Positions 30,488 to 45,484 of a stretch of 64,000 nt of DNA are shown one piece after another. The notes under the pieces were generated by a model. The model ran no database searches, had not been told where the DNA came from, and saw only the letters and a program-made list of their open reading frames with translations. This stretch comes from the human T2T-CHM13v2.0 reference genome, Homo sapiens. Position 1 is the first letter of the stretch, and each line of letters opens with the position of its first letter. The stretch lies in NCBI RefSeq assembly GCF_009914755.1, contig NC_060927.1; one strand, 5' to 3'. Made by a program: the position numbers and the translations under genes.

Positions 30488-31432
30488 TTATTAGAAGCAG
30501 CACAAACAGGAGCTCTCAAGAAGGAAATCGACCTCAGGAAAGATAAAGGAACCAAGTTTTCCCCAGAAACAGGCTTATGATGTGGACTTAATGATAGACC
30601 AATCTTTCCCTTAGGGCTTCAATTACCCTTTAAATGATGTGTTTATGAGCTGACTCATTGGAATCCAGATGAAACGACAGCTTGGGGAAAGCAATATTAT
30701 TGGAAACCATCCCCTCTTGTTTATTCTTGCTGATGGTTTGTCCCAAACATAATCCTGGAAAACTCCTTCATAGGTTACAGGGACATTTTCCTTTACCTTT
30801 AGGACCCTTTGATATATGGCAATTGGACTTTATCCAGCTGCCCCTGTCTCAGGGTTATAGATATGTTCTGGTGCTAATTTATGTGTTTTCTCATTGGGAT
30901 GAAACCTGCCCGTGCCAATGAGCCATGGTCCAAGTAGTAAGAAAATTGTTATTAGAAAAGATAATTCCTTCATGGGGAGTTTCATCTGAGCTCCAGAACG
31001 GCCAAGAAACACATTTTACTGGTCAAGTAATTCAATCCATTTGCAACATTTGGCCTATATTCCAATTGTGCTTTTAACCCCCAATCCTCTGGACTGGTGA
31101 AACACACCAATGGTATAATAAAAACTCAATGGCCAAACTAATTGAAGTTTTTAACCTCTCCTGGCCAAAGGCTGTCTCATTAGTTCTGCTCAGCCTGTGA
31201 TCCACACCATTTGGAAAACACCAGCTCTCTCTCTTCAAAATAATAACAGGAAGGCCCACGTGACTAGATGAAGGAACTTATGAACTTGCATTTCTTAAAG
31301 GTGATATCCTCCATTACTGCCACAGTCTCAGAATACTTCTTATTAAGAACTCAAAATTAATCAAGAGTTCCTTCTGCAGAGAGCTCTGGGGAGATGAAAT
31401 CATCAAAAATCATGGCCTGTAACTGGAGATTT

Positions 31433-31820
31433 CTTTTTTCTTTTTAAAGGTCTCTGATGTCTAATATTTGACAGACCAGTGAAGTAGTTTTGGCATTGCA
31501 AGCATTTTTGCCCTTTGTGAATTTCCCACTAGAGTGATTTGCAACTATTCCTTTTCTTTTTTTCTTTTTTTTTTTTAAAAATCTTATTCTAGATTTGGGG
31601 ATACACATGCAGCTTTGTTATAAGGGCATATTGTGTGATGCCGAGGTTGGGGTGTGGTTGAACCCGTCATTCAGGTAGTGAGCATAGTACCCAATAGTTA
31701 GTTTTTCAGCACTTGCCTCCCTGCCTTCCTTTCCCTTCTCATAGTTCCCTGTGTCTCTTGTTTCCGTCTTTATGTTCGTGTGTACCCAATGTTTAGCTCC
31801 CACTTACAAGTGAGAATATG
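31433..31820 (-). mobile_element. L1PA15/16-like 3' end with a 3'-transduced segment
   Basis: L1 body 31577-31820, poly-T 31552-31576, non-L1 segment 31446-31551, second poly-T, TSD TGGAGATTT (31424-31432 and 31821-31829). Confidence 0.82.
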
Positions 31821-32117
31821 TGGAGATTTTGATTACTGGAAAGGATGTCGAATAAAAGATTCCTTCTCACCCAGTGGGAAGGGACCATATCAGGTACTAT
31901 TGGCCAATCCCTGTGCCACTAAACTTAAAGGCATTGATGCATAGATTCATATTTCTCATTTTAAAAAGACAACCCTACCTGAGGGGACGTCTTTCATCAT
32001 GGGAGATCTTAGTGGAATTGACTTGCAGTCTTCCTGACCAGAATGGAAAGTAGCTGACATTTGTGGTCACCTGTTTTCACCCAAGATACCAGACCAAGCC
32101 TGTATAACTTGTTCTTC

Positions 32118-33970
32118 ATGATTCTAATGCCTACCACACCTGAAATATTTGCTCTCCTTTTTCTATTGACTGGAATACTTATGGCGTTAGGCCTCCATAC
32201 TGTGAGTATCCTCTCTTGGATAAAATTGTTTTGGTAAAATCATCATATATATATTTATATGTGCATATATACATGCATACACACACACACACACACACAT
32301 ATATTCTCTTAGGATATATGTAAACAAATGCCTATAATCAGGCTCCTTTTTTTTTTTTTTTTTTTTTTCCTTTTTTTAGAGATGGGGTTTTGCTCTGTTG
32401 CCCATGCTGGAATGTAGTAACATGATCATAACTCACTGCGGCCTCCAACTCCTGGGCTCAAGCAATCCTCCCGACTCAGCTTCCCGAGTAGCTGGGGCAA
32501 CAGAAGTGCACCACCACACCCAGCTAATTAAAAAAAAAATTGTAGAGAAGGGTCTTGCTATGTTGACCACACTGGTCTCAAACTCCTGGCCTTAAGTAAT
32601 TCTCCCACCTCGGCCTCTCAAAGTGCTGGGATTACAGGCATTAGCCACTGCACCTGGCCTAGGTTTCTGTTTTTGCCGTCCCTGATAAATTTGACTGTAG
32701 CATGGAGGGATAATTCTCTGATCAGAATCCCACACACCATTGCCACTGCTGGAAATCTGAAGAGATGCTGGGTTTGCTACCCTAAACCAAAAACTACTTT
32801 TGACCACAATGACCCACTGGTACATTCTGCCCTAAATTTCACCAGTGTTCATGATAGCACTTGTAACACAACTCAGGGCCACATAAAAGCAAACCTGTTA
32901 ATCAGGTCTGCCTGACTCATCCTAACCTGTTTGTCCTATGTTTCAATGTAACTCATCAGAATTCTTTTGTCAAAAATCACTGCTGCGTTACTCACTAATG
33001 ACAGTACTAAAATCCATGATGTTGTTAGAAAATCCAAAGAAAACAGCCCCTCCAGCTATCAGGATCCTGTCTTCTTGCTTTAACATTTCTGACCCATTGA
33101 TCCAGTAATGCCTCAAAACTGATGTTCTTAAATTATAGTGTACTTATCTGTGCTCCACCAGGATTTATTATAGTCTGTGGAGAAAATCACCAGCCATGGT
33201 CCTGTAAGTGTCTAAGAGCATGGAATGTTGAAGGGCAATATGTCTTAGGATATTTCGTTACCCTTCTCTCTATATACAGCTCTGAAGAAACTCAGCACTG
33301 GACTAGTTCCCTCAAACTTTTCTCTAGGCATGACTGCAGATCTACCTTAGATGGAGATTCTATTTAGAGAAAATGTGCTAATTATCTGGCTGGCCATCAA
33401 GAAGATAGCTCCATGCATTTTTTTTTCTTTGAGAATACTTTTGCCTTTGTTGGATGTAACTTCCCATGAACACATGATCTAAAATCCTTCTAAAACCCTA
33501 GGAAACATTGCTGATGAAACTGCTGTCTCCATCACAGCTCAACAAAAAGCTACAGATTTACTGACTAAGGTTGTGCTAGACAATCACATTGCTTTAGATT
33601 CTATATTAGCTGAGCAAGGAGGTGGATATGTGGTGGCAAATACCTCTTGTTGTATATACATAAGTATTTCCCATGAAGTAGAAACTCACCTAGGAAAAAT
33701 CAGGGAAGAAGCTGCTTGACTACAGGTCTCTAAAGAAAAACTGAGATTTAATTTTCTTCAGGAGGTTTTTAGTTGACTCTTAACAGACTAGATTCCTTTT
33801 TCATTCTGGCATAAAAATTCTCTTTTTGGTTCTAATCCTATGTGCATTATATATTTCTATTATTCCAATTAATGCTAGATATCTTTCATTGTTTTATTTC
33901 TTCTGAGAAAATGAAAATCATGGTATTCCAGAGACTGGCGATGATGGAGCAAACAACAGCAGCTATGTAA
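32118..33970 (+). pseudogene. env: Gamma-type env, decayed, interrupted by (CA)n and AluJ
   Basis: Hydrophobic leader IFALLFLLTGILMALG. SU NLKRCWVC (CXXC). TM LDNHIALDSILAEQGGGYVVANTSCCIY (ISD plus degenerate CX6CC) at 33576-33659. Confidence 0.85.
32347..32659 (-). mobile_element. AluJ inside env
   Basis: Full diverged dimer. Confidence 0.87.
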
Positions 33971-34186
33971 GTCAATACTTTGTGGACTCACTTTTGCCAT
34001 TCTGTATTGTCATCCTGATTCAGCTTTTTGGTGCTCTTAAAATTCCTCACTGAGATGTCTCCACTCCCCCATGTGGGACAGGGCTACCCAGGAATGAGCC
34101 TTCCTGGTGACAAGGGACAAGCTGGCACTCAGATTTGTATCATCAGTGCTTTTGAGGAGAAAAATTTGTGATCAAAAGGAAGGAAA

Positions 34187-34979
34187 TGAGAGCAAAAGGA
34201 AACTTTTAATCATAGGAATGTGAGCCCTTTTAAATTATCAGTCCCAGAAAAGCATTGGAATGAAAAGCTATCACATCTCATGCCTCCCTTGAGCTAAGTA
34301 ATTACCTCTTGAAGCCACTTGCTATGTGGACTCTAGACTAACTGATGCCAAGTAGCTATAAAATGCCATGCACTGGACGCCATAACTCATATCCTCCAGC
34401 TCAACAATGTAAAGCCAATCCCTAATCAATGTAATTTCTATAAACCAATGAGAATTCCTGCCAACTTTTTATCAGCTCACTCCTTGCTTTCTTTTTGTCT
34501 TTAAAAATCCACTTGTACAGATGTAGCTGGAGGCCATTATCCTAGGCGAATTAATGCAGGAAAAGAAAACCAAATACTGAATGTACACGCTTATAAGCAA
34601 GAGCTAAACACTGGGCACACAAAGACATAAAGACGGAAACCGTAGACACTGGGGGCTACTAGAGGGTGGAAGAAAGGAGTGGGGTAAGAATTGAACAACT
34701 ATCTTATTGGGTACTATGCTCACTACCTGGGCGATGGCATCAGTCATACCCCAAACCTCAGCATCTTGCAATATACCCATGTAACAAATGTGCATATGGT
34801 ACCTCCCGAATCTAAAATAAAAGTTGGATTTTTTTTTTAAAGCCTGAATGCAACAAAAGCTGGATGGAGTACTCCCCAAGGCAACTTGGAAGGGTGTCCT
34901 GGGCAGCTGGCCTCACATTGGCTCAAGTAAAGTCTTTAAAATTACATTTTGTGCTCAGCTTCTTCATTTTAGGTGGACA
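34187..34979 (+). mobile_element. 3' LTR (contains the same L1PA 3' fragment)
   Basis: Follows the PPT, ends GGTGGACA, and is followed by TSD GCAC. Confidence 0.9.
34518..34838 (+). mobile_element. L1PA15/16-like 3' end in the 3' LTR
   Basis: CAGATGTAGCTGGAGG...CTAAAATAAAAGTTGGATTTT. TSD AAAAATCCACTTGTA / AAAGCCTGAATGCA. Confidence 0.88.
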
Positions 34980-35639
34980 GCACTTGCAGAAAACCTTGCC
35001 CCTCTTAAGGAGTTCCTGTAATCATGATAGCTAATACATGGAGCAGCCTATGTCTGCTCTAAGCATTTGACATATATTATTAAAAAAAAAAAAAAAAGGT
35101 TCCATCACCGCAAACACAACTCATCACACCGCGAACACAAGAGGCAGGTACTAATGTGATCTACATCTATACAGATTAGGGAACTGAGGCACAAGGAGGC
35201 AAGTAACTTGGCCAAAGTCATGCAGCCAGGGAGCATCAAAGCTGGCTTCAGTCTTTATTCCTAACCAGCCTCTTGAATTCCTCTGATGCTTTCGATCTTA
35301 TCATGACAATTGTTCTGCAGCCTGTATTGTGGTCCAAGTATTTTTTTCTCCATTTTAAACACTTTGAGTTTGCACTCCATCCTGTCTGCCCCTCCCCTTC
35401 ACAGCAAATTTCTTGAAAGAATAGGCCACGTTCACTCTCCTTCCAGCAGCAAGCCTGCCATCAGTTTTCACTCCCAAGGTCAGGAGTCTGGCCTTGGCCT
35501 GGCTCACTGATCTGCCTGTGCACTGTTCCCCAATACTCCCACTCACTTCCATGTCTCAACAATCATGCATAATGCCGGCACCCCCAACCCCATACATTCA
35601 GTCCAAACCTCCCTCTTGAGCTACAGATCTACAGTGGTC

Positions 35640-36085
35640 AACCTTGGTGTAGGGCCTCCTTACTTGGTGTAGTCCTTGGTGTGACAGCAGCATCTGGGAG
35701 CTTGTTAGAAATGCAGTTCTGGGCCCAACCCAGACATGCTGAATCAGACTCTGCATTTTAGTAGGACACTCCCCTGACCCAGCAGATTCTTGGGCACAAC
35801 AGAGTCTGAGCAGTGTGATGTCTTGTGACATAGCAGTTACTGTAATGCTCTCCCATGCCTCTACCTGCTGGTGCACCCATGCCTTAGGTGCTAAGAGTCC
35901 TGGCTGCTAACTTCTCATACCTGCACTCTTCTCTGGAGGATGGCTCAAGCCCGTCTGCACATTCCAGTCACCTGGGGATATATTAAAATGTCCAAAGCCA
36001 GGCCCCACCACAGGCCAAGGAAATCACAATCTCTGAGGTTGGGATCTGACATCAGCATTTCTGAAGCCCAAGAGTTGCCCTTAGA
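35640..36085. mobile_element. Two MER5A fragments
   Basis: CTGGGAGCTTGTTAGAAATGCAG...GAATCAGACTCTGCATTTT and CACCTGGGGATATATTAAAATG...ATCAGCATTT. Confidence 0.6.
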
Positions 36086-37064
36086 CAGACATGTTTGGGA
36101 CTCACTACCATAGCTGATGGGTGCTGCCTTGCTTAGAGGTTCTGGAGCTTTCTCATACTCCTCCCAGCTGCCCATGACTAGCGGCTGACTGATGCTGGGC
36201 CACAGAAGCTCAGCCACCTGTCGTAGCGAGGGACACCTCTGCAGTGCCTCACCTTACTCCAGCCCTGGGCGTGGCCAGGCTGAGGCCAGACTTCTGCCCA
36301 CCCTGTCCTCTGCTTTATCCTGCTTCCCTCGCTCCTACACATTTCTCCTGAGAGCCCTTCTCCATGCCTTACTTTGCACAAGAATCTCTTTCTTAGGCTC
36401 TGATTTCAGAAATCCAACCCAAGACACAAGGATAGCACCACCCCAGACTCAACTAACACCAAACTGAACTCAAATCTTCCCCTGTGCCTTCTTCTCCTCC
36501 TGTGCCACTCCCCTTCTCATCCTCTGATCCTCCACCATCCTCCCACACCCGCCCATTCTGCACATGCTGGCCTGGAGCATGCAATGTCTTGTCATGTTGC
36601 TCCTGCCTGAAGTCCCCAGTGTCTCCCTGGCATGCGCAGCAGTGTTTCCTAAAATGGGATTGTATTCTGTGTAGTCCTCAAGTCATCTGGGAGAATTTTT
36701 AATTATCTGTTGTCATTTGATAACTTAAAAAATACGTTATTTTATGAGCACATTCTTGATGTCTGGACGGCCACATCTGCCTCCTACTTCCAGTGCCCAC
36801 ACTTCAGCTTAAGATATTTTTGGAACCAAATGATCACTCAAAGAAATAGCTTTTCATTTTCAAAAGTACTGGTAGGTGAGTCTGGCTTATGTTACTTAGG
36901 CATGTCCTAATATCAAAATGACAATAGTTATCATGGACCGTACTCATATGACTACTATTACAATAATATTTACAATTTTTGAGTGTTTATCGTAGGCACT
37001 GCATGGTACATGCCTTATCTCACTTGATCTTGACACAGCTCTATGAGATAAGTATTGCAAATAT

Positions 37065-37500
37065 CGTATTTGTTTCAGTTATCTATTAGTATCTAAAGAA
37101 CCACTCAAAACTTAGTGGATTAAAACAATAACAATGTATGATTTCTCATGATTCTTTGGTCTGGAATTTCAGGTGAGGTTCAGCTAGGTAGTTCTTCTGT
37201 TCGTTTCTTCCGTGGCTCAGCTTGAAGGTTCAGGAAGAATTCAGTCATGTCTAGTGCTTCAGGTTCCTCCATGTGGACTTTTTTTCTTCATGTGGTTTCT
37301 CATCATTTGCTTGTCTAGCCCAAGCTTTACAGTCAGCAGCTGGCTTCCTAGAGACCACCAGCATCACTTCTGCCACATTGTATTTGTCCAAGTTAATCAC
37401 AAGGTAACCCTAGATTCAAAGGAAGGGAAGTAAACTCCAGATCTTGATGGGAAGACAGCAGGCATGCATGTAGAGGGATGGGAAGAACTATTGATGGCCA
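37065..37500 (-). mobile_element. MLT1 (MaLR) LTR inside a MIR
   Basis: AACCACTCAAAACTTAGTGGATTAAAACAATAAC...ATTTCTCATGATTCT. Confidence 0.6.
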
Positions 37501-37975
37501 TATGCCCATTTAATAGATGCGGAAACTGTGTCTATTTATCCCAGCCAACAAGAGGCAGAGTGAGGACTAGAACCCAGGCTGTTGGGTTCTATGGTCTATG
37601 CTTTAAGCTATTACGTCATGTTCTACTTTCATTGTATCCCCTATGCCTCACTAAGTCTCAGCTATAAAGACAGAACTCTTTTGTGTGATAGTTCACAATC
37701 CAAAGGCACTTTTCAGAGAAACCGATGTCATGAAAAACACAGGGTTCAGGAGAGGCCCAGTGGTCTCATGGTTTTTTCTCTCACACTCCCTCCTTTCTCC
37801 ATCACTCTCCCAATCACACTCTAGCTGAACTGACCCCTTTGCTCCCCCAAATATGCCTGTGCTTTCCAGTGTTCTGCTCATTTAATACATTGGTCTCTCG
37901 TATTTTTCTGTTTTGTCCACTAGAGAGAGGTCTTCTCTTCTTAAAGACAATTCCTCCTCCTGCTTCACAGCCTAG

Positions 37976-38738
<763 letters not shown>

Positions 38739-41693
38739 GGTGTAGGGGATGCCTCCTCATGGCAAACTCCAAGGTAACTCTGAAGAACCCTAAGGCTCCA
38801 AGGAACCCAGGCTGAAAACCATTAGGTTGATTTGACTCATGAGGAAACTGAGGCTGGAATTGGCCAACAACTTGTTCATGGCTATCGAAGTGGTAGAATG
38901 TTGAATTTACATGAAAACCCAGATGTTCTATGCCCTGTTTGTTTTTTTCTCTCCTATCCTGGAGGTGCTTGGATACCATGTGAGGATGTAGGCACAAGCC
39001 ACTCTGCTGGGCCTTTGAGGTCCTTCATCAGAAAGCTTCACCATCTCAAGTCTGTCTTGGCTGGAGACCCTGGAGACAAGCAGTGACTGCTCCGCCCTTC
39101 TTGCCCTCTTGTCTTAAACTACCCTTTTGACTTGCCCAATCCCAGTCCTGCTCCCAGGACCATAGTAACTCTTGCTGGAATAAGTCCAATCTAGTTGGAA
39201 GGATGAGAAAACAGAGACAGCTTGGCTTTGTCACTCGCTGACCCCATGACCACAACACTCAGCTCACTGCTGAGCACTCACATAGCCCAGGCCTCTCTTG
39301 TGCATGGGTGACTGGTATCCACATGGCCAGTGACTCACATGGGAACTGAAAGCTCCCTTTGGTGGGGCAACTTCTCTAAAGTAGCCCCATGAATCAGCAG
39401 TGTGGGGTGCTGGAAAGCAAGGGCTGACCCTGACTTGCAGTCAGTCAGGGACCCTGAGCAGAAGCCCCTGCATCACAGGCTTCCACCACAGCCCGGAAGA
39501 GTTGCAGCACTGTGGGCCAGTGGTAGTTCCATGTATAGCACGAGTGGAGGCCCAAGATGCATGTGCATGTATGGGCCTAAGAGGTCTCCATGAATTGTTT
39601 CTCTGGGTGGTAGAGAACCCAAGCAAGTGGGAGCCAAGAGTATCTACCCCCGTCCCTGACTCTGTTTCCTGTGAGAGGGGCTGTGTTGGCCCAGGCCTGA
39701 GTGTGCCAGGGTTGCTTGGGCAACCACTGCCCCATGCCTGCAGTCTCATCTCTCCTTCTGAAGCCAAATCAGAGAAGTGCAGACTCATGGGGCTATGAGG
39801 AAACCCATGTTGTGTGGATCAGCAGTCACAAGGTGAAGGCTCTCTTCCCACTTCTTCCGCAGCTCTAGCTGTGTGGCTTTGAGCTAGTTGCTATATGTCT
39901 CTGAGACTTCATTTCTAATTTATGTAATAGGTATATTAATGTTAGTTATACTTTGCTATATAAACAAATCAAGACTTCGTGGCTTAAACAATAAACATTT
40001 CTTATACAGTTTCTGTGGGTCAGGAATTTGGGAGTGACTACACAGGGTGGTTTCAGCTTAGGGTCTTTCAGGTATGGAGTTCCTTTGACAAGGTACCTGG
40101 CTTCCTCCAGAGTGAGCGATCTAAGACAGCAAGACAGAATTCACACTGTCTTTTATGACTAACCTTTGAAGTCAAGTTCTGTCATTTCTACACTACCCTA
40201 TTAGTCACAAAAGTCAATGCTATTCAAGGATGGTGCAAACGACTGTGGGCCGTCTGAGGCTGGCTAGCACAATGGAGTTATTAATATCTGCCCTGCCCAT
40301 CTTACAGAACCATTGAGAGGTTTGGTTTGCACACCCACAGCAAGGAAAATCAGCACCCAGAGGATGCATCTGTGAAGAGTCAAGGCAGCATCTGCTAAAA
40401 ACAGCTGGTGAAGGGGCTTCTGGGGCTGGAGCCTGGAGACATCAGAAGAAGCTCCGTGAGGAACACGGGGAGAGTCAGCTGTGAAGTTTGGCAGCTCAGA
40501 AGCCTTCCTAATGGGAGAGTGGCAAGGTTCCATTGAAGATGGGCATGTGGGATGGGAGAAGTCGCTGTGGTCATTTTTGGAAAATACAGTCTCTCATAAA
40601 GGACCAGAGTAATCTCCCATATTTGAAGGCCTGTATTGAGTCATGATTGAATATTTTACTATCTAAGTTAAATAATCTAATTCCAAAGGGTCAAAGACAA
40701 TTTAGAGTTTGATAGAACCTTGAAGATGCTCTGGTTTAGTCATTGGATTGTAAGATGAAAAACCCTGAGCTCTCAAGAGTTGAAATGGCTTGCCCAGTTT
40801 ACCTAGCTGGCCAGAGGCACAGCCTCATGGAGAATCCCAGGCTCCTGCTCCCCCTTGCTCCAGCCCACCCTTGGGGAACTCTGATGGTCGCCTCACTGGA
40901 ATCACCCCCCTTCTTTCTTCCAACAGGCTGATTTTGTTCAGGTATTCACCCTGCCCAAATGGCTTATGTGCTCCAAGGGAAGCTGACCGTGCCATGTTGC
41001 TCTACCTATAGCCAAGGCCAGCATGGCAGGAGCAGCTTGCCGCCAGTCTGCAGCAGTGGAAACCTCCACCCCGAGAGCCACAAAGTCAATACTGTCAGTG
41101 GAAAACAGAGCTGGGGCCACTGGATTAGGTTGGCACAGGCCTGCTCTGCTGAACTTCCCATTTTGTGAATTAACTGTCTCCTTAGTATTCAAGCCACTTT
41201 AAGTTCAGTTTTCTGTTACTTGCAGCTGAAAGAACCCTCAAGAAAGTATTCCTATTTCTGGGATTAATCCTGACTTTGGGAAGGGGAATTTAAGGAGATT
41301 TAGCTCAATACTATAGGTCTATGCATCAGGCATTGACAGTGTGCCCCTGACCTTAGCCTGGTTTCTGAGAACTTGGATTTTCTCTCATTCTCTTGATTCA
41401 AATCTCTACCTGAGAGCAGCTCCGTCCCTCCAGAACCCATTCTTGGTACTCTTGTCACTCTCAGTTGCTGCTCAGGGCTGGAGTCCTCTCTGCTTCCAAA
41501 ATTTCACGCTGATGGCTATAGCCTTGTAACCCACTGTTGTCCCAGGTGCCTTCTCACCTGCTGCTTATCCTCCTGGATTTCAGAGAATCACTACTCCTGG
41601 AGTCTTCTTTGTTGAGTGCTGAATTCTGCCCCTCTTAGCATATGTCTGGTTGGGCCCAAGTGCTATATGCTCATCTGTTTTTTTGTCTATTAC

Positions 41694-42059
41694 TGTCTTA
41701 ATCTGTTTTGTGCTTTTATAACAGAATACCACAGACTGGGTAACTTATAATGAACAGAAATTTATTGGCTCATAATTCCAGAGCCTGGGAAGTCCAAATC
41801 AAGTCATCTGGTGAGTGTCTTCTTGCTGTGTCATTGCAAAGTAGAAGGTATCACGTGGCAGAAGGCATCATATGGTGGAAGGGAAAAAAGAGAATGAACC
41901 CATTCCCTTGAGCCTGTTTTTCAGAGGCATTAATCAATTCATGTGAGCCGAGCCCCCATGATTAAAGACGTTACTTCAGGCCCTACCTCCCTACAGTGTT
42001 GCACTGGGGGTTAAATTTTAACATGACTTTTGGAAGAGACAAACATTCAAACCACAGCA
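41694..42059 (-). mobile_element. MST (MSTB/C) MaLR solo LTR
   Basis: TGTCTTAATCTGTTTTGTGC...ATAACAGAATACCACAGACTGGGTAA...ATTCAAACCACAGCA. Degenerate 5-bp TSD ATTAC/GTTAT. Confidence 0.8.
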
Positions 42060-44954
42060 GTTATTGAACTATGCAGATTCCAGACACCTAAACTTTCCTG
42101 CTGGAGTAGACTTCCTCCTTGCACCTGCAGCTAGACAGATGAAGCCTGCCACTCCCACGGTTCCCTTTGTGTCTTTGTGAGGGAGTCTTCTTGCAGATCA
42201 TCCTGGTAGACCTTGGGGGAAAGTGCTTGGTTTGGGAGGTGCAACATCCCATAATTACCCCTGCAATGTCTAAACCTTCACAGAACAAAGAATCATCACT
42301 AATGTTTCACAATGCACAAGGCTCCTTTGTATGCACTCAAGGTTCATGTTTTATCTTATTTTACCCCTGCTGTTTGGAGAGTGAGGTCCCATGGGGATTT
42401 TGAAAGCAACACAAGTTGTTCCTGTCTCCAATAAGTGTTTGAATGAAGTAACAGGTGTGCATAAATAAATATAGTTAGAAAAAGTTAATATCTTCTCACT
42501 GAGACATGTGCTTATGTTTGGTTAAGGTCTCTGTTTTCATCCTCATCATCTCTTTGTGGCTCTAAACAATTCTCTTGCATTTGAAAACATTACCTGCTTG
42601 CTAATAAATGTTTTTATTTAGGACAGAATTCATTCTGAGCCTTGCTCCTGGGGTAACTTGGATTGAGATAGCAGGGGAGTGGGTGAGTTTCCACTCTTAT
42701 CTGATGGTGGCAGCTGATAGTAACCAAAAGGAACTTTGTGGTTGTGCATGACCAAATTGTCTTAGGTCAGTTTCAACACCTGGGCAGTAGGAAGCGCACA
42801 TGCATAAATAAGCAGTGAGAATTTGCTACATATTTTAATAGAGGGACCCAGGGAAAGCTAACCTCACACATAATGTGTCTCGCAAACCCCTTGAAACCTT
42901 CCCTGGGCTATGGCAGTGCCTCCCCTCTTCTTCCCTGGCCTTTCCCACAGCACCCAGCTCTGATCCTTGTTTCTACTTCATGCTATGGAAAATCTCTTTC
43001 CTTCCACAGAAAATATGGGAACAGCCCAAAGTCCAGGCTGGAAGCTCCCTTTGACTCTTTGAGAAGTGGGCTTCTCAAAGGCCCTTTTTCCTCAAAGAAA
43101 TCCTCATGCCAGCAGCTACAAAGGTATTTCCTTGATAGTCTTTGCAATGACCATGAAAATACTGATCATTGGAAGGGAAACATGATGGTTCAAGGTTCTT
43201 GATAAAGAGTTAGGCATTGTAAATTCTGACCTCCTTGCATTTCCTCATGGTAGTTTTGGGGTGTTGTTCAGATGGATGGAGGGCTGTCAGGCTTGGTTTG
43301 CTTCCGGGTCTCTCTAGCCTTCTTATTGTGACAGCCAAAACCATACTCATGGTCCTTCCTGCTGGATTCTGGATGGCTCACCTCCATGGAGGTCCTCTCA
43401 TTGCTCTGGTTCCAATCTTGTGCTCCAGTTCTGGCTGCTAGGCCTTTGCCTCACTTCCTGGGTCTTCTCTCTCTTCCTCATGGAAATCTGCTCATTCCCT
43501 AGTCTCTCTAGAATGGGCCCTGCCTTAGACCCAAAACCCTTTCCCCACCTATTTGGGGGCTGGCTTCCTGACTTAGTGGTTGTGACCCTGAGACATGACG
43601 GATGATAGATCTTTCTGATGAAAACTGTCTTCCCCAACCCACACACACACTGAGCTTACAAGGGCACCTTCTACTTCCCAATTTGATCTTGTACAATTGG
43701 GAGGTTCTTTTTGGTTAATAAAAGCAGCCACCATTGTAGTAGGTGTTTAGGGCCAGCTCCTCCTCACAGCCTCACTGCAGGTTACCATAAAAGCAAGTCT
43801 CAGACTGAATTCTTCCCCCCAAAACAGACATTTATTAGCAAGCAGGCTCACATCAGTCACCTCCTGAGTGTGATAAAGTCCAGCATCTCTGTTCTTTAGG
43901 AGGTTCCAACGAGATCTTGCATGAAAGAGAGGTTCAGTTAAGGCAAATATCACAACAGTCTAGTAGTAGGATTGGTGAACCATCTAGTCAGACTGAGGTT
44001 GGCCCGCATTCTCCTGAACCAGAAGCTGACACAAATGTCGTGGGTGACATTCCTAAGTAGGGAGGAAGAAAGGCCCATTAGATTCGAATGGCCTGTTCAT
44101 GTAAGTTTGTGGAGTTTCTTGCTGTGGAGTTTCATGCTTCACTGATGAAAACTCATGTCCATGTTCATTATATTAATGAACAAAACTGCTGGCACTAATC
44201 AGAGAAGAAGACAGCTGAAGCACTTGTGGGTGTCCGTCTGGGGTATGGCCTTCCGATTACACTCTAATTACCACCCTGGAGTTGTCTTGATTAGGGCAAC
44301 TGGCTTCCTCTGGAGTGAAGATTTAAAAGGCTACACCCACACTTAGATTACATTTTCAGTGCCAATATATTTTTAAGTAAATTGCAGATATCATAGTACC
44401 AGGGTACTTCAGCCCCTATATTAACAGTAATGAACACATTTCTTTGGTTTACAACATGTTATTTCATGATTTCAGCTCCTTGCAAAGTAAGTCCCCTAAA
44501 GTATTTCTAAGCAGCCCCAGGCATCTTACAGAGACTGGCCAATAGTTCCATTTAGCACAGCCCTTGCTTCATCCCTTAACCACTTCCAGCTCCCTTTGCA
44601 ATGGGCATTCATTGCTTGGCTTGCCTACAACAGCCTTCCCATTCTGGGGGAAAGCTGCTTTTTCACCAATCCAACCATCCCTGTGGTGTGAGGATGAACA
44701 CACGATCTGCCTGGGCCAATCACAGTGGCCTCATCCCTTTGGCCAAAGCAATTGGCCAGGAATGGGCAAGTGGGCCCACAAAGCCAATCACGAGCCTTCT
44801 CTGGGATTTTTTTCCACCTGGAGCTGGTGAGGATGCTGATTCTCCTCCCTGCCATTGTTGGTTCAGAGCTGCCTGCAGGCATGGCTTTGACTTTGTGGGG
44901 ACAGCTGGACTGAGAGAATGAGTCCAATATGCAGAGAGAATCAGAGACATAGGT

Positions 44955-45337
44955 TGTTATGGACTGAATGTTTGTGTCCCTCACCCCAAATTCATATGTT
45001 CAAGTCCTAACCTCCTATGTGATAGTATTTGGAAGGTGGGGACTTTGGGAGGTAATTGGGTTTAGATGAAGTCATGATGGGATTAGTGCCCTTAAAAGAA
45101 GAGGAAGAGGACACACTGAAACTCTCTCTTCAAGTGTGCACACACAAAGAATTGTCATAGGAACACATACTGAGATGCTGGCCATCTGCAAGCCAGGAAG
45201 GGGGACATCACTAGAACCAAATCCGTCTCCACCTTGATCTTGGACTTCCCAGCCTCCAGAGCTGTGAAATAGATGCCTATTGTTTAAGCCACCCTGTCTA
45301 TAGTAACTTGTCATAGCAACCCAAGCTGACGAAGATG
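44955..45337 (+). mobile_element. MLT1A-like MaLR solo LTR nested in an older LTR
   Basis: TGTTATGGACTGAATGTTTGTGTCCC start. Perfect 5-bp TSD TAGGT. Confidence 0.85.
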
Positions 45338-45484
45338 TAGGTGAAGAAAGAGGAAGTCCTGGCAATATTCAAATCTTCGAATCCAGTTGTCCTTGGGTTT
45401 AGCTGCACCTCTGTACTCTGTGTGATTTGGTTACACAGCCCACAGATTCCCTTTTTTGCTAAAGCTGGTTTGAGTTGAGTTTCT

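Noticed and set aside
32118-33970. Possible domesticated env (syncytin-like), here or at 61430-63393
   Set aside because: Both have multiple stops and frameshifts and a damaged CX6CC, and the first also contains an Alu.
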